This document shows positions 19,783 through 28,201 of a DNA stretch of 64,000 nt, one piece after another. The notes under the pieces were generated by a model. That model was not told the DNA's origin, ran no database searches, and saw only the letters and a list, made by a program, of their open reading frames with translations. The DNA lies in NCBI GenBank assembly GCA_963662465.1, contig OY759599.1:6496001-6560000 (forward strand). Direction: 5' to 3'. Origin of the DNA: Desulfatiglandales bacterium (lineage in GTDB: Bacteria; Desulfobacterota; DSM-4660; Desulfatiglandales; Desulfatiglandaceae). The stretch's first letter is position 1. Every line of letters begins with the position of its first letter. A program made the position numbers and the translations under genes.

Positions 19783-20220
19783 GTGGGGGAAAAGAAAATG
19801 GATATAGAACCGATGGTGAGCCCTTATCTGGTCGGTGATGAACTGTATGAATCCGGCGATGTGATTATCGAGGAAGGGAGCAAGGGGGAATGGGTGTACA
19901 TTATTCTCGAAGGGCAGGTCAAAGTTACCAAAAGGACCTCCGTGGGAATGCTTACCATCGATGTCCTGAAAAAAGGGGCCGTCTTTGGTGAAATGGCGCT
20001 TTTTGGAAAAGCGCCGGGGGAACGGAGCGCCTCGGTGATTGCAGCGGATGGCAATGCTCGGGTTGGCGTGTTGGACGCGGGTCAATTGTTTGAGGACTAT
20101 GAATTCCTCTCCCTGGAGTTAAGGTTATTGATCAAGGCTCTGATTATGGGGCTTAAGGAGTCAAATGAGAGGGCAGCTGCGCTGGTTGTGGCCGCCAATG
20201 AAAAGGGGCGTAACGCATGA
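19783..20220 (+). CDS. Stand-alone cyclic-nucleotide-binding domain protein
   Basis: IIEEGSKG, GAVFGEMALF...RSASV; no HTH. Confidence 0.8.
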   Translation: MGEKKMDIEPMVSPYLVGDELYESGDVIIEEGSKGEWVYIILEGQVKVTKRTSVGMLTIDVLKKGAVFGEMALFGKAPGERSASVIAADGNARVGVLDAGQLFEDYEFLSLELRLLIKALIMGLKESNERAAALVVAANEKGRNA

Positions 20221-20260
20221 CGGTTTTACGGCTGAACATGCGGACCACCAGGGAGGAATG

Positions 20261-20641
20261 ATGGCAGGCGTTTTTGAAATATATGTGCAGACCCACTTTT
20301 CCGCAGCGCATGCCTTAAAGGGATACCAGGGAGATTGCGCCCGCATGCACGGGCATAACTGGATCATCGATGTTTTCGTCCGTTGCGGGGAATTGGATGA
20401 TATTGGTATCGGCATTGATTTCAGGGACATCAAAAAAGGCGTAAAGGGTGTCCTCAAAAATCTGGACCATTTCAATCTGAATGAACTGCCGCCATTTCAA
20501 AACGTTAATCCCACTTCTGAGAATATTGCCAGGTTTTTATACCGGGAGTTGAGCCGAAAGCTGAACTCCGAAAATATCACCGTGAGCCGGATCAAGGTTT
20601 CGGAAACCCCCGGCGCCGGCGCCTTCTACTGGGAGGAATAA
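20261..20641 (+). CDS. queD: 6-carboxy-5,6,7,8-tetrahydropterin synthase
   Basis: FSAAH, CARMHGHNW, LDHFNLN, NPTSENIA, VSET; GGAGG RBS upstream. Confidence 0.93.
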   Translation: MAGVFEIYVQTHFSAAHALKGYQGDCARMHGHNWIIDVFVRCGELDDIGIGIDFRDIKKGVKGVLKNLDHFNLNELPPFQNVNPTSENIARFLYRELSRKLNSENITVSRIKVSETPGAGAFYWEE

Positions 20642-20643
20642 TC

Positions 20644-21291
20644 GTGACCCTTCGCGTCAATGAAATTTTCTACAGTATCCAGGGGGAGTCGTCCTATGCC
20701 GGACGTCCCTGTGTGTTTGTCCGGTTGACCGGATGCAATCTGCGGTGTTCCTACTGCGATACGCGGTATGCTTACGAAGAAGGGGGGATGATGGATCTCA
20801 ACCATATTTTCCAGCAGATTTCCCCCATGCAGTGCCGCCTGGTGGAGATTACCGGCGGAGAACCGCTCATTCAGGAAAAAACCCCTGTTTTGATTGAAGG
20901 CCTGCTTGAAGACGGGTATGAGGTCTTGCTGGAAACCAACGGAACCCATGACATCAGTCGGGTAGATGATCGTTGTGTAAAAATTGTGGACTTCAAATGT
21001 CCTTCCAGCGGCATGAGCGATCATACGGATATGGAAAACCTGAATCGGCTTTCGGTTCGAGATGAAATCAAATTTGTTATCGGAACCCGGGAAGATTATG
21101 AATATGCCAGGGAAATGGTGGGGTATATGGCATCCCGATCGCTAACGGCCAACTCAATTAATTTTTCCCCAGTATTCGGTCAACTGGCGCCGGAAATCCT
21201 GGCGGACTGGATCCTGGCGGATCACCTGGCGTGCCGGTTGCATCTTCAGCTCCATAAATATATCTGGGGTCCGGATGTCAGAGGGGTGTAA
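20644..21291 (+). CDS. queE: 7-carboxy-7-deazaguanine synthase (radical SAM)
   Basis: [39 protein letters not shown]. Confidence 0.93.
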   Translation: MTLRVNEIFYSIQGESSYAGRPCVFVRLTGCNLRCSYCDTRYAYEEGGMMDLNHIFQQISPMQCRLVEITGGEPLIQEKTPVLIEGLLEDGYEVLLETNGTHDISRVDDRCVKIVDFKCPSSGMSDHTDMENLNRLSVRDEIKFVIGTREDYEYAREMVGYMASRSLTANSINFSPVFGQLAPEILADWILADHLACRLHLQLHKYIWGPDVRGV

Positions 21292-21302
21292 GGGGGGGGG
21301 GG

Positions 21303-21989
21303 ATGATGGCACTCAAAAAGAAGGCGGTCGTACTTTTAAGTGGAGGGCTCGATTCAACCACCGTGGCGGCCATGGCCCGTTTTGATGGCTATGATATTTT
21401 TGGTCTCAGCTTTCGTTATGGACAGCGCCACGTTGTGGAGCTGGAAGCGGCGAAACGGGTGGCTCATAGCTTGGGGGTGAGGGAGCATCTGGTGATCGAT
21501 ATCGATCTTGGGAAAATCGGGGGGTCCGCGCTCACTGACCATATTGCGGTGCCCAAGGGCCGTAACCGGGATTTGATGGAAAATGAGATTCCGGTGACCT
21601 ATGTCCCCGCGCGAAACACCATCTTTCTCTCATACGCCCTGGGCTGGGCGGAAGTGCTGGGGGCCTGGGATATCTTCATCGGGGTCAATGCCGTGGATTA
21701 CAGCGGCTATCCCGATTGCCGTCCGGAATTCATCGACGCTTTTGAGCGGATGGCGAACCTGGCCACAAAAGCGGGTGTGACGGGGCAAACACGCCTTCGA
21801 ATCAGGACGCCCATCATTAAAATGAGTAAGGCGGAGATCATCAAAACAGGGATCAAGCTGGGGGTTGATTATCGCTTGACCCACAGTTGTTATGATCCGA
21901 CGCCCGACGGGAAAGCCTGTGGCTTTTGCGACAGCTGTCTATTGAGGAAACGGGGGTTTGAGGAGGCTGGAATCGATTGGGTGTCATGA
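21303..21989 (+). CDS. queC: 7-cyano-7-deazaguanine (preQ0) synthase
   Basis: [34 protein letters not shown]...CGFCDSC. Confidence 0.95.
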   Translation: MMALKKKAVVLLSGGLDSTTVAAMARFDGYDIFGLSFRYGQRHVVELEAAKRVAHSLGVREHLVIDIDLGKIGGSALTDHIAVPKGRNRDLMENEIPVTYVPARNTIFLSYALGWAEVLGAWDIFIGVNAVDYSGYPDCRPEFIDAFERMANLATKAGVTGQTRLRIRTPIIKMSKAEIIKTGIKLGVDYRLTHSCYDPTPDGKACGFCDSCLLRKRGFEEAGIDWVS

Positions 21990-22074
21990 GGATCATAAGG
22001 TGGAGAATTTCTGATTCCCCGTCAAGCGTTACTGGGTTTGAGATAAACGAGAATCGAGAGGTGGAGGCATCATA

Positions 22075-22830
22075 ATGGAGACGCAAACAATAGAAGAAAT
22101 AAAACGGGTTATTATGGCTGAACTTCCAGAGCTTATGAGAAATGACCCGGATATGCGCAGTTTTATATTGAATGTCACCCGGGAAAGCTATTCGGACAAA
22201 AGAGAAACGGAAAGCCGCTTTGACCGGATGATGGATGAGTTGAAACGGGATCGCGAAGCCCGCGATAAAAAGTGGGCAGCTCAGGAGAAGAAGTGGGAAG
22301 CCTGGGAGAAGAAGTGGGATAAGGAGCACAAAGTTCAGGAGGAGAAATGGGAAGCCCAGGAGAAGAAATGGGAAAAAAACCAGCAGGTTATCAACGAGTT
22401 ATTGGAATCCGTCAAAAAGCTGGGGCAAAAGCATGACTCTACCCTTGGGGCTTTGGGGGCGAGATGGGGCTTGCATTCCGAATCCGCTTTTCGAAAAGGT
22501 CTGCGGGCCATTCTGGAGGGATCGTTCGGGGTGAAAGTGGAACGGTATGAAGACTACGACCACGAAGGGACCGTGTTCGGTCGGCCCGAACAGATCGAAT
22601 TGGACGTGTTGATCCACAATGGGACCCTGATCCTGTGCGAGATCAAATCGTCCATGAGCAAATCGGAGCTGTATACATTCTGGCGAAAGAAAAATTTCTA
22701 TGAAGAGAAACATGCCCGCAAGGCCAGTCGGGCGATGGTTATTTCACCCATGGTGGATGCGTATGCCCTTGCCGCGGCAGAGCAGCTGGATATCGAGATC
22801 TATGGATATGCTGAAGATGTTAAACCGTGA
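22075..22830 (+). CDS. Coiled-coil protein with C-terminal PD-(D/E)xK nuclease-like domain (DUF3782-like)
   Basis: QEKKWEA-type heptad repeats; GALGARWGL..ESAFR; IELDV...CEIKS; MVISP. Confidence 0.7.
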   Translation: METQTIEEIKRVIMAELPELMRNDPDMRSFILNVTRESYSDKRETESRFDRMMDELKRDREARDKKWAAQEKKWEAWEKKWDKEHKVQEEKWEAQEKKWEKNQQVINELLESVKKLGQKHDSTLGALGARWGLHSESAFRKGLRAILEGSFGVKVERYEDYDHEGTVFGRPEQIELDVLIHNGTLILCEIKSSMSKSELYTFWRKKNFYEEKHARKASRAMVISPMVDAYALAAAEQLDIEIYGYAEDVKP

Positions 22831-22930
22831 GCAGCGGTGTTGAAATGATAACCTTTGACTTATGACGGAATTGTTTATAAAAAGCAGAGAGATTTTTGTG
22901 AAACAACAAATCAAATTAAGGAGGTAGGTT

Positions 22931-23965
22931 ATGAAAATCGGATTGCGAATTCTTGTGGCGTTCGGGTTGCTGGCTTTTGTGGCGGGGCTTCCGGTCGCGG
23001 CGGTTGCCGGAACTTCGGACAAAATTAAATTCGGTCATGTGGCGCCGCCCTTTCATGGGCAGAGCAAGGGCGTGGATGCCTTTGCGGCCTATGTGAAGGA
23101 AAAAACCAACGGCAGAATCGATATTGCCACCTTCCCAATGGGTCAGTTGGGGGGGGAACGATCCATGGCGGAGCAGGCCCAGAGTGGGACCCTGCAGATT
23201 GCTTCCATTACGACGGCGGTACTCCAGAATTTTGTTCCCGAGGCGGCCATTCTGGATATGCCCTTTATTTTTCCGGATCGAAAAACCGCTTACGCAACCC
23301 TGGATGACCCCGAGGTGCAGAAAAAGATCTTTTCCTATTTTCCGAAAAAAGGATTTATTGCCATCGGTTGGACCGAAAACGAATTCAGGGATTTCACCAA
23401 CAACAAACGGCCGGTGCGCAAACCTGAAGATATCAAGGGCCTCAAGGTTCGGGTTATGAATTCCCCCGTTTATCTGGATACCTTCAAGCAACTGGGCGCA
23501 TCGCCCGTGGGCATTCCTTTTCCGGAAATTTATAATGCCCTCCAGACCGGCGTCATCGACGCACAGGAAAACCCTCTTCTCACATCTGTTCTCATGAAGT
23601 TTACCGAAGTGACCAAGAATGTGACCATCACCAACCACTGCCTTACGGAATGCATCATTGTGGTAAGTCCCGATTACTGGGAAACCCTTTCGCCGGAGGA
23701 CCGGCAGATTTTCAGGGAGGCTGCCAAAGTGGCCATTGACACCAACCGGAAAGTCAATGCCGAACTGCACGAGAAACTGCCGAAAATCGGCATCAGTATT
23801 GCGGAATACTGCAAAAAGAACGGGGTGGAAGTGATTGAATTGACCCCGAGCGAGCGTCAGGCGTTTCAGCAGGCAATGGTTCCTGTATGGAACAAATATC
23901 GCAAAAAAATCGGAAATGAAATTTTTGATTTCATGTTGAGTAAGATCAAAGAACATCAGCAGTAG
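22931..23965 (+). CDS. dctP: TRAP transporter substrate-binding protein
   Basis: Signal peptide; FPMGQLGGE, DIKGLKVRV, EIYNALQTGVIDAQENP; AGGAGG RBS. Confidence 0.92.
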   Translation: MKIGLRILVAFGLLAFVAGLPVAAVAGTSDKIKFGHVAPPFHGQSKGVDAFAAYVKEKTNGRIDIATFPMGQLGGERSMAEQAQSGTLQIASITTAVLQNFVPEAAILDMPFIFPDRKTAYATLDDPEVQKKIFSYFPKKGFIAIGWTENEFRDFTNNKRPVRKPEDIKGLKVRVMNSPVYLDTFKQLGASPVGIPFPEIYNALQTGVIDAQENPLLTSVLMKFTEVTKNVTITNHCLTECIIVVSPDYWETLSPEDRQIFREAAKVAIDTNRKVNAELHEKLPKIGISIAEYCKKNGVEVIELTPSERQAFQQAMVPVWNKYRKKIGNEIFDFMLSKIKEHQQ

Positions 23966-23971
23966 CGGGCC

Positions 23972-23998
23972 GTAGGGGCGGACCTTTGTGTCCGCCCC
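23972..23998 (+). repeat. GTAG-family REP palindrome
   Basis: GTAG followed by ggggcggac-ctttgt-gtccgcccc 9-bp stem, between convergent dctP and purQ. Confidence 0.75.
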
Positions 23999-24002
23999 TT
24001 TC

Positions 24003-24051
24003 AAGTGAAAAGTGAATGGTGAAAAGTCTCTTCACTCTTCACTTGTCACTT
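24003..24051. repeat. Inverted heptamer arrays forming a hairpin over the purQ stop
   Basis: aagtgaa aagtgaa tggtgaa ... ttcactc ttcactt gtcactt; purQ TGA at 24046-24048 lies in the right arm. Confidence 0.88.
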
Positions 24052-24873
24052 CTTATTAAAATAGTCCACCGCATTTCGAAAGATGGCAATTCCCCCCCCT
24101 TCTTCTCCTTCAATGCTTTCCCCCCGGCGGGCAAGGGCTAGTTTACGCCGGGGCCAGTCCGGGTGATTGGTGAAATGGTTAAATGCCTCCGGGTGCGGCA
24201 TCAGCCCGAAGATGCGACCCGTTGGATCGCAGATGCCGGCGATATCGGAAAGGGATCCATTGGGATTTGAGGGCCATGCGCCATTGGCGGGGTTTCCATT
24301 GAGGTCGGCGTATTGCAGCGCCACCTGGTTGTTTTGAAAAAGCCGTTCGATGGTATCTGCTGTGGCGTAAAATTTTCCCTCCCCATGCCGAATCGGGAGT
24401 TCCACACGGGTCATGTTCCTGGTGAAGACATTCGGGGAAGCTGGATTTACCTTTAAATTTACCCAGGTATCGATAAAATTCCCCGAGTCATTATGGGCGA
24501 GGGCCACCTGCCGGTCCTCATATTTCCCGTCAAACGCCGGCAGTAACCCTAGATTGACCAGGGCCTGGAAACCGTTGCATATGCCCAGGATCAGATTTCC
24601 CGCGCCAACAAAGTCTTTGAGTTGTTGACCCAGATGCCGTTTCATTTTTGAGGCCATGAGGACTCCCGCACCGTGGTCGTCGGCCCAGCTGAAACCGCCC
24701 CCGAAGACCAGGATTTGATAGCCTTCAAGGGATCTTAAGGAATCGCTGTCGCTGATCAGTTGATTGATGTGCAACCTGTGGGAATCTGCGCCGGCCTGTT
24801 GCAACGAAAAGTCGGTTTCATTATCGCAATTCAGTCCATAGCCGGTGAGGACCATCGCTTTTACTTTTGTCAT
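24046..24873 (-). CDS. purQ: Phosphoribosylformylglycinamidine synthase glutaminase subunit
   Basis: GYGLNCD.ET, GGFSWAD, LGICNGFQ, RHGEG, GLMPHPE; ATGA overlap with purL. Confidence 0.93.
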   Translation of the reverse strand: MTKVKAMVLTGYGLNCDNETDFSLQQAGADSHRLHINQLISDSDSLRSLEGYQILVFGGGFSWADDHGAGVLMASKMKRHLGQQLKDFVGAGNLILGICNGFQALVNLGLLPAFDGKYEDRQVALAHNDSGNFIDTWVNLKVNPASPNVFTRNMTRVELPIRHGEGKFYATADTIERLFQNNQVALQYADLNGNPANGAWPSNPNGSLSDIAGICDPTGRIFGLMPHPEAFNHFTNHPDWPRRKLALARRGESIEGEEGGGIAIFRNAVDYFNKK

Positions 24874-27863
24874 ATCAGATCTCCAAAAGGCTGTTTCCAT
24901 GAATCCTTTAAACGGATGATATTTTCCCTGAGAATGGTTCCGTCTCTATCCCCGGTGATGATAAAATCCAGATGTTCAGTGACAACGCCGATCTTAGCCA
25001 GGGTCATTCCGGGGAAAAGTTTTTCAAAGGGCGCTTTTTTCTCCGGCGCCACCGTTAAAATGAACCTGCCGCATGATTCCGAGTAGAGTTTCTGAGCGGT
25101 TGTGAGTTCCTTTGCACAGGGGATCAACAGCAACGAAACGGTCATCCCCAATTCCCCGCCCATGGCGGCGAGCGCCAGGTGAACCGCCAGCCCGCCCCGT
25201 GAGACCGCGTGACAGGATGAGACCAGGTCGCGCTTTATGGCCTGGTGAAGGGCCAGGTATTGGGGAAGAAATTCTTCCGGAAAAACGTTGGGCACGTTAA
25301 GACCAATCTGTTCCATCATCTGGTAATACTCGCTCGCACCCAGTTCATTTCGGGTCTCTCCCAACACATAGACCAGGTCCCCCGGGAATTTGACGTCCAT
25401 GGTAACGGCTGTGGCGATATCTTCCATGACGCTTGAAACGGTAAAGAGCAGGGTCGGCAATCCGGATACCTTGCGCCGTTCCCCGAAGGGTCCTTTGAGG
25501 TTGCCGTCAATATACATGCTGTCTTTTCCCGAAAGAAGGGGGATGCCATATTGAAGACAGGTGTCCCGCAGGGCGCGGTTGGAGCGGACTAGTTGAGCGG
25601 CTTTGTATTTGCCGTCCGGATTGCGAACGGGATCATACTCGATGGTGGGCCAGCAGAAATTGTCCACGCCGGCCAGATGGTTCGGGTCGGCGCCCACAGC
25701 CAGAACCTTTCTGACGGCTTCGTCCATGGTGGCTGCGGTCATGTGGTAAGTATCAATTTTGGAATAGGCGGGATTCAGGGCCTGGGATACGGCAATTCCC
25801 TTCCGGGCCTTCAGTACGGGGCGAATTACCGCCGCATCCGAAGGAACGTCCCGTCCTTTTCCCACCAGGGGTTTGATGACGCTGGTTCCCTGAACTTCAT
25901 GATCATATTGCCGGCTGATCCAGTTGCGGGAGCAGATGTTGGGTCTTTTCAGCATGGCGTGAAGGAGTTTGCCGTGATCCCGGGGTTCCGTGATCACCGG
26001 TTCCGTCAGGCCTCTGATGCCGGGGGGGATCCATTCGGCATCAAACTCCCACTGGGGGAAATCGGATTCCAGGAGGTCCATTCGAATGTAGGCGCAGGTC
26101 TTCTGGTGATATTGCAGGTGCAGAAAACCGGAATCAGTATATTCCCCGATGACCGTGCTCAACACCGCATGCTTTTGGGAGAGGGCCATGAAACGGTCCA
26201 GATGTTCCGGTTTCACAGCAATGGTCATCCGTTCCTGGGATTCGGATATCCAGATCTCCCACTGGTTCAATCCTTCATATTTCAGGGGGACCCTGTCCAG
26301 GTGTACGATGCAGCCGTTGCTGAAACGGGCCGACTCGCCCACGGAGGAAGAAAGACCCCCGCCCCCATTGTCGGTGATATAGTGAATCAAGCCTTCATCC
26401 CGGGTTTCCAGGAGAAAATCGTGCATCTTTTTCTGGGTATAGGGGTCGCCGATCTGCACATGCCCCGCCGGGGTATTTTCGGAGTAGGTTTCAGACGCCG
26501 CCGTTACCCCGTGAATGCCGTCCTTTCCAACCCTTCCGCCGCTCATGATGATGAGGTCACCGGGGGATGTGGTTTTTTCGTGTGACGGTTTATTTTCCAC
26601 CATTGAAGGCATAATGCCCAATGCCGTCACAAAAACCAGGCATTTTCCGGTGAAGGTTTCATCAAAAAGAAGGAGGCCGTAGGGCGTGGGAATGCCGCTT
26701 TTGTTGCCGCCGTCGCGAACCCCTTCGATGATGCCGTCCAGGAGACGTCTTGGGTGAAGGTGGGGTTCAAGGGCGCCATGGTAATCCCTGTGCCCCACGC
26801 AATACCCATACATGCCCAAAATGAGTTTTGATCCTTTTCCGGTTCCCATGGGATCCCGGTAAATTCCCACGATTCCGGTGATGGATCCGCCATAGGCTTC
26901 CATGTTGGATGGGCTGTTGTGGGTTTCACCCGTGATGCAGTAGTAATGGTCCGGGTCGAAGCGGGCCACCCCCGCGTTATCCCACAAAACGGAGACGACC
27001 CAATCCTTCTCTTTCTGGATTTTGAGTGTCGGCGCCTCGATGCAGGTTTTAAAGAGGCTGTCGATGGTTTCCCGGTTTCCGGTGTAAAGGTTGTGATAAT
27101 TAAATTTTCCCCGGAAGGTGTTGTGGTTGCAGTGGTCGCTTCGGGCCTGGGAAATGTATTCCAGCTCCACATCGGTGGGAAGATCCAGCCCCACTTTTTT
27201 TCTTTCCCGCCGGATGTCTTCCCGTAAAAAATAGTTGCGGATGACCGGGATGTCTCGATCCTGAAGCGCCAGATTTCGCTCTTTGGAAATGTGTTTCAGT
27301 GCCTCATTGCTCTCAATGGACAAGGTGTTTACTTCCGGTTCATGGACCAGGATCACCTTGGGTATCAAAAATCCCAGGCCTTCGTCGGGATTCCAGTCCT
27401 CGGTGGAAAAAATTTTCCATTGTTGAATGGCCGCGTTGGCCAGCAGTTCCGCTGCCATGCGGTGGGCCTGGTCTCGTGTGAGGTTTCCTCTGATTTCATA
27501 GCATTTTGAGGTGTAAACCGCCTCCCCGGGTTTAAACGTAACGCCCAGAAGGTCTTCGATGGCTTCACGGGCGGTGCTCCCCGCAGTATCTCGTACGCCC
27601 GGACGGAACCCCACCCAGATAAGCCAGTCAAAATTCCTTTGCATGGGCGAATAGGCGCTTTGCTCGGTGATGGGGTTCGTAAATATATCGTTTTGAATAC
27701 GGTGCAGTTGATCGGTCGAAAAATCGGCGTCAATGGTCAGAACCCGGATGACCCGAACCTCATCCACGTCAAACCCGAAGTACGCCTTCGATTTTTTTTG
27801 AATGCCGGCCCCCGATGCATCCGGGAGCGCGTCTTTCAATCTTATTTCCAGTCTGAATGTCAT
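24870..27863 (-). CDS. purL: Phosphoribosylformylglycinamidine synthase synthetase subunit with fused PurS-like N-terminus
   Basis: SDHCNH, ETHNSPS, GRVGKDGIHG, VQIGDP, DNGGGG, SESQERM, QYDHEVQG, SGKDSM. Confidence 0.93.
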   Translation of the reverse strand: MTFRLEIRLKDALPDASGAGIQKKSKAYFGFDVDEVRVIRVLTIDADFSTDQLHRIQNDIFTNPITEQSAYSPMQRNFDWLIWVGFRPGVRDTAGSTAREAIEDLLGVTFKPGEAVYTSKCYEIRGNLTRDQAHRMAAELLANAAIQQWKIFSTEDWNPDEGLGFLIPKVILVHEPEVNTLSIESNEALKHISKERNLALQDRDIPVIRNYFLREDIRRERKKVGLDLPTDVELEYISQARSDHCNHNTFRGKFNYHNLYTGNRETIDSLFKTCIEAPTLKIQKEKDWVVSVLWDNAGVARFDPDHYYCITGETHNSPSNMEAYGGSITGIVGIYRDPMGTGKGSKLILGMYGYCVGHRDYHGALEPHLHPRRLLDGIIEGVRDGGNKSGIPTPYGLLLFDETFTGKCLVFVTALGIMPSMVENKPSHEKTTSPGDLIIMSGGRVGKDGIHGVTAASETYSENTPAGHVQIGDPYTQKKMHDFLLETRDEGLIHYITDNGGGGLSSSVGESARFSNGCIVHLDRVPLKYEGLNQWEIWISESQERMTIAVKPEHLDRFMALSQKHAVLSTVIGEYTDSGFLHLQYHQKTCAYIRMDLLESDFPQWEFDAEWIPPGIRGLTEPVITEPRDHGKLLHAMLKRPNICSRNWISRQYDHEVQGTSVIKPLVGKGRDVPSDAAVIRPVLKARKGIAVSQALNPAYSKIDTYHMTAATMDEAVRKVLAVGADPNHLAGVDNFCWPTIEYDPVRNPDGKYKAAQLVRSNRALRDTCLQYGIPLLSGKDSMYIDGNLKGPFGERRKVSGLPTLLFTVSSVMEDIATAVTMDVKFPGDLVYVLGETRNELGASEYYQMMEQIGLNVPNVFPEEFLPQYLALHQAIKRDLVSSCHAVSRGGLAVHLALAAMGGELGMTVSLLLIPCAKELTTAQKLYSESCGRFILTVAPEKKAPFEKLFPGMTLAKIGVVTEHLDFIITGDRDGTILRENIIRLKDSWKQPFGDLI

Positions 27864-27878
27864 GGGTATATACCTCTT

Positions 27879-28049
27879 TTAGCTGTTAGCCGTTAGCCGT
27901 TAGCTGTTAGCTTGTGGATAAAACTATTCAATATTCTCTTTATCGCATTGACCTTTCGAACACAATCTCTTATGAATTTATTTTAAATGTCGACCATTAA
28001 CGGCTAACGGCTAACGGCTAACGGCTAACGGCTAACGGCTAACGGCTAA
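27879..28049. repeat. Inverted heptamer arrays (TTAGCYG)x4-5 and (CGGCTAA)x7 flanking an 87-bp AT-rich spacer
   Basis: 27879-27913 ttagctg ttagccg ttagccg ttagctg ttagctt; 28001-28049 seven perfect cggctaa (reverse complement of ttagccg). Confidence 0.95.
27893..27982 (-). pseudogene. Possible 3' remnant of a four-helix-bundle (23S rRNA-IVP-like) gene
   Basis: Minus-strand frame reads NKFIRDCVRKVNAIKRILNSFIHKLTANG*, which recalls the C-terminal helix of that family; it is preceded by an in-frame stop. Confidence 0.45.
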
Positions 28050-28201
28050 CAGCTTTCTAACTTGAAACAAAGAGCGTCGTCAACTGACATTTTTTTGCAG
28101 GGCGCTTTGCCGGGCAGCACCCTGAACTTGAAATTAAAATGTCAATGCGTATCTTTTTTAAAATGTATTGACACAGGTTAATGTTAAGGAGCGACTTGCC
28201 A

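Noticed and set aside
21291..21302. Poly-G run between queE and queC as a phase-variation switch
   Set aside because: It is intergenic and overlaps the queC RBS region; no frameshift results and length variation cannot be judged from one sequence.
20261..21989. queDEC as a 7-deazaguanine DNA-modification (dpd) island or preQ1 riboswitch locus
   Set aside because: No dpdA/tgt-like gene nearby and no riboswitch motif recognised; the ordinary tRNA queuosine pathway is the simpler reading.
22916..24004. 362-aa minus-strand ORF
   Set aside because: Antisense shadow of dctP; its start runs through the REP palindrome.
27879..28049. Tandem repeats as a CRISPR array
   Set aside because: Units are 7 nt and contiguous with no unique spacers; no cas genes in the window.
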